This document shows, piece after piece, positions 17,012 to 19,636 of a DNA stretch of 19,636 nt. Numbering within the stretch: the first letter of the stretch is position 1; each line of letters opens with the position of its first letter. A model generated the notes under the pieces. That model had not been told where the DNA came from, made no database searches, and saw nothing but the letters and a program-made list of their open reading frames with translations. The stretch covers positions 1 to 19,636 of the forward strand of contig CAZHPN010000118.1 in NCBI GenBank assembly GCA_964534375.1, in the 5' to 3' direction. This DNA is from an uncultured bacterium. Lineage in GTDB: Bacteria; Lernaellota; Lernaellaia; Lernaellales; Lernaellaceae. The position numbers were made by a program, and so were the translations under genes.

Positions 17012-17818
17012 TTATTTGATTTCTTCTAGGAAGATCTGGCCCCACACGCGATTCGTCCCTGGGAAATCGATGTCTTCTTGTCCAGTCCTCTTCATATAGG
17101 TTTCAACGATGCCATAGCTCAGCGCCGGGGCGTCGTCGCGCTTCGCCGGCGCAAAGTCGTAGCGCGGCACTTCGACCATCGCGCGTTCGCCGTACGGCGT
17201 TAGCGACGTCTCCAACAGCCACGCTTTGGCGACCTTGCCGCGTTCGTCGAGCTTCACCAGCACGGACGAAGCGGAGCGATCCGGCATTTTTTTTAGGCCG
17301 GTCCATTCCCCCCAATTGGCGCTTTTCCGCACTTTAGGATCCTTCCAGTTGGCCGTCGGCGGGCAAAGATCCTTGCCTTCCGCGAGCGCCACCACGGCGC
17401 CTTTGACGAGTTGTTCGCGCAACACGTCGTCCTTTTCGCGCAAATTCGCCGTGGCCCGCCGTTTTGCGCCGCTTTTGCGATCGACCAGCATGGCGGCGAA
17501 TACGTCCTTCGCCTCGTTCCAGCCCTCCAGCCAGAACACGTATTCGGCGTGCAGCGCGTCGCCGATCGCCGTCGCCCCGGCGAGATCTTTCACGGCGGCG
17601 GGGTCGAGCTTGGCGTCGGTCAGCTTCGCCTTCATCGCCGGCGCCTGCAGCACCTGGCAGATTTCCAAGTTGCGCAAGCTGTTCTCGGCGGACGCCACGT
17701 CGGCCACACCATTCGAATTGGCGGGCGCCGCGAAGACCACGCAAATTTTCGTCGCGTGCGCCGCGGCGGGCATCGCCAACAACACGGCAAAAAACATCAA
17801 CGTAAACAGACGCTTCAT
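17012..17818 (-). CDS. Exported protein: divergent CsgG/TolB-N-like domain plus TonB C-terminal-like domain, 268 aa
   Basis: ATG 17818 with GGAGG RBS and signal peptide ending AHA. AIGDALHAEYV...LVDRKSG resembles the shared domain. VLVKLDERGKVAKAWLLETS...YDFAPAKRDDAP resembles TonB_C. Confidence 0.65.
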   Translation of the reverse strand: MKRLFTLMFFAVLLAMPAAAHATKICVVFAAPANSNGVADVASAENSLRNLEICQVLQAPAMKAKLTDAKLDPAAVKDLAGATAIGDALHAEYVFWLEGWNEAKDVFAAMLVDRKSGAKRRATANLREKDDVLREQLVKGAVVALAEGKDLCPPTANWKDPKVRKSANWGEWTGLKKMPDRSASSVLVKLDERGKVAKAWLLETSLTPYGERAMVEVPRYDFAPAKRDDAPALSYGIVETYMKRTGQEDIDFPGTNRVWGQIFLEEIK

Positions 17819-17892
17819 CACCGGGCCTCCTGCAGGTTTTCGCGGCTAAGTTTTTCTCACGGCTGAAAAGTCGATGATGATCCTGGAACCCA

Positions 17893-17921
17893 TTGATACG
17901 TGGACCGCTCGTTGCTGTCAA
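17893..17921 (-). promoter_or_regulatory. Possible sigma-70 promoter for the leftward cluster
   Basis: Minus strand TTGACA (17921-17916), 17-nt spacer, TATCAA(T), about 75 nt upstream of ATG 17818. Confidence 0.45.
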
Positions 17922-17951
17922 GAAGGCGTCGCGGATGACGCGCCGCCGGCG

Positions 17952-18001
17952 TTGACAAGCGACGTTTTGCAACTAGTATTCACGAAATGAATTTGGATTC
18001 A
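17952..18001 (+). promoter_or_regulatory. Sigma-70 promoter and putative TetR operator
   Basis: TTGACA (17952-17957), 16-nt spacer, TAGTAT (17974-17979). Overlapping inverted repeats ATTCA-N5-TGAAT-N4-ATTCA (17978-18001) span the start codon. Confidence 0.65.
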
Positions 18002-18631
18002 CCAACGCCACGTCGTTCGGCAAGCTTGCGGGCGCGGCTGCGCGAAGCGACGGAACGCGAAATCCTGCGGGCGGCGGAGCAGACCGTCGCCGAGCAAGGG
18101 ATCGACGGCCTGAGCATGAGCGACGTCGCCGCGCAGGCCGGCGTCGCGGTCGGCACGATCTACAACTACTTCCGCGACCGCGATGCGCTCGTCGGCGAGT
18201 TGTTCCGCGATCGACGCGCCGCGTTCGCCAAGGCGCTGGCCGACGCCGCCCGCGGCTGCGCCGGCGCGTCCTTTGCGCAGCAACTGACCTGTTTCTTCCG
18301 CGCCGCCTTCGCCGAATTCGACGCCCACAGCGCGTTTTTTCGCTCCGCGTTGGAATCCGAGGCGTGGCGCCGGCACGCGCCGGCGACCGACGCACGCCGC
18401 GCACGCCGCGTCATGCGCCAGATGGACGACCGCGCGCGCGAGTTGGTCCAACTCGGCCTGGCCGAAGGCGTGCTGCGGCCGGACCGCGCGGCATTGCATG
18501 GCGCGGTGCTCTTCGGCGTCATCCACGGCTTGTTGGCCCAGCGGCTGCGCGGCCTGGCGACGATGCCCGTCGACGAGCTGGCCGGCCTCGCGCTGGATGT
18601 GTTCCTCGGCGGCGCGGGGGTTCCGCGATGA
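17987..18631 (+). CDS. TetR/AcrR-family transcriptional regulator, 214 aa
   Basis: N-terminal HTH ILRAAEQTVAEQGIDGLSMSDVAAQAGVAVGTIYNYFRDRDAL. Its stop overlaps the MFS start (ATGA). Confidence 0.93.
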   Translation: MNLDSPTPRRSASLRARLREATEREILRAAEQTVAEQGIDGLSMSDVAAQAGVAVGTIYNYFRDRDALVGELFRDRRAAFAKALADAARGCAGASFAQQLTCFFRAAFAEFDAHSAFFRSALESEAWRRHAPATDARRARRVMRQMDDRARELVQLGLAEGVLRPDRAALHGAVLFGVIHGLLAQRLRGLATMPVDELAGLALDVFLGGAGVPR

Positions 18632-19636
18632 GCGCCGTCGCCCCCACCGTCGCCGCCCGCGCGGGGATCGACAACAAATGGCTGGTCGCCAGCTCGATCG
18701 GGGTCGGCGCGATGATGGGCTCGATCGACTCGTCGATCGTCAACGTGGCGCTGCCGCACATCCGCGGCTCGGTCGGCGCGACGATCGAGGAAATCACCTG
18801 GGTCTCGACGGCGTACATCATTGCGATGGTGATCGTTATGCCGTTGACCGCGTTTCTCGGCTCGTTCTTCGGCCAGAAGCGGGTCTACATGGCGAGCCTG
18901 GCGTTGTTCGTCGGCGGCTCGGCGCTGTGCGGCATGGCGCACAGCCTGACGGCGCTGGTGCTCTTCCGCACGATCCAGGGCCTCGGCGCGGGGGCGCTAC
19001 AGCCGACGCAGCAGGCGATTTTGCGGCAGACGTTTCCGCTGGAAGAGCAGGGCATGGCGATGGCGACGCTGGGCATGGTGCTGATGTTCGGCCCGGCCAT
19101 CGGCCCGACGCTGGGCGGTTGGCTCACCGACAACTACAGTTGGCAATGGATTTTCTACATCAACCTGCCGATCGGCATCCTCGGCCTGTTCATGGTGTTG
19201 GAGTTCGTGCACGAGCCCGAGGATATCCGCCGCGCCAATCACGAACGGGCCGAGGCGCACAAGAAAGACCTCGACTGGCAGGGCGTGATGCTGATCAGCG
19301 TCGGCGCCGCGAGCCTGCAATACGTCCTGGAAGAGGGGCAGCGCAACGACTGGTTCCAGTCGAACGAAATCTCCTTCTTCGCGTTCCTCGCCGGCGCGAC
19401 CCTGGCCGCCTTTGTCGTGCGCGAGTTGACCGCGCCGGCGCCGGTGGTCAACCTGCGCCTCTTCAAGGAACGCACCTTCATGGCCGGCACGGTGATCGGC
19501 GGCGTGCAGTTTGCGGTCTTGATGAGCAGCATGTTTCTGATGCCCGTGTTCATGCAGGAAATCCTCGGCTTCGACGCGACGCAATCGGGCCTGATGCTGA
19601 TGCCGCGGGCGTTCGTGATGATGGCGCTGATGCCGG
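18628..19636 (+). CDS. DHA2-family (EmrB/QacA) MFS efflux permease, 3' truncated by the window edge
   Basis: Absent from the ORF track because it has no stop in the window. My translation gives IDSSIVNVALPHI, WVSTAY, FRTIQGLGAG and GPAIGPTLGGWLTDNYSWQWIFYINLPIG. Confidence 0.93.
   Translation, partial: MSAVAPTVAARAGIDNKWLVASSIGVGAMMGSIDSSIVNVALPHIRGSVGATIEEITWVSTAYIIAMVIVMPLTAFLGSFFGQKRVYMASLALFVGGSALCGMAHSLTALVLFRTIQGLGAGALQPTQQAILRQTFPLEEQGMAMATLGMVLMFGPAIGPTLGGWLTDNYSWQWIFYINLPIGILGLFMVLEFVHEPEDIRRANHERAEAHKKDLDWQGVMLISVGAASLQYVLEEGQRNDWFQSNEISFFAFLAGATLAAFVVRELTAPAPVVNLRLFKERTFMAGTVIGGVQFAVLMSSMFLMPVFMQEILGFDATQSGLMLMPRAFVMMALMP

Noticed and set aside
626..17019. Many long plus-strand and alternate-frame ORFs (e.g. 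626-1954, 3524-5011, 7440-8882, 9841-11394, 13677-15407, 16045-17019)
   Set aside because: They are Arg/Gly/Ala-rich shadow frames of GC-rich genes, largely overlap well-supported CDSs and show no recognisable motifs.

Overview
GC-rich bacterial DNA; the taxon cannot be fixed from sequence alone, though the PEGA/LPP20/FGE repertoire suggests a deltaproteobacterial or Myxococcota-like organism. From 17818 down to 473 there are 13 consecutive minus-strand genes, each with an N-terminal signal or lipoprotein peptide. Five share a CsgG/TolB-N/LpoB-like N-terminal domain (six copies in all). Four fuse it to different C-terminal modules (TonB-C-like, PEGA+FGE/C-lectin, PEGA+hydrophobic hairpin, FGE only) and one carries two copies and nothing else. 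They flank a core of two LPP20-type lipoproteins, a PDZ-less trypsin-like protease, a DUF1573 Ig-like protein, a TlpA-type redoxin, a YVTN beta-propeller lipoprotein and a small outer-membrane beta-barrel. A DsbD-family disulfide reductase ends the run. A REP/hairpin mosaic with a heptamer repeat lies at 12425-12722. On the right, a divergent and probably leaderless TetR gene is coupled to a DHA2 (EmrB/QacA) MFS exporter that runs off the window. The best candidate for an undescribed system is this modular, Cys-rich cell-envelope cluster with variable C-terminal tips. All family calls come from motif recognition by eye; no searches were run.
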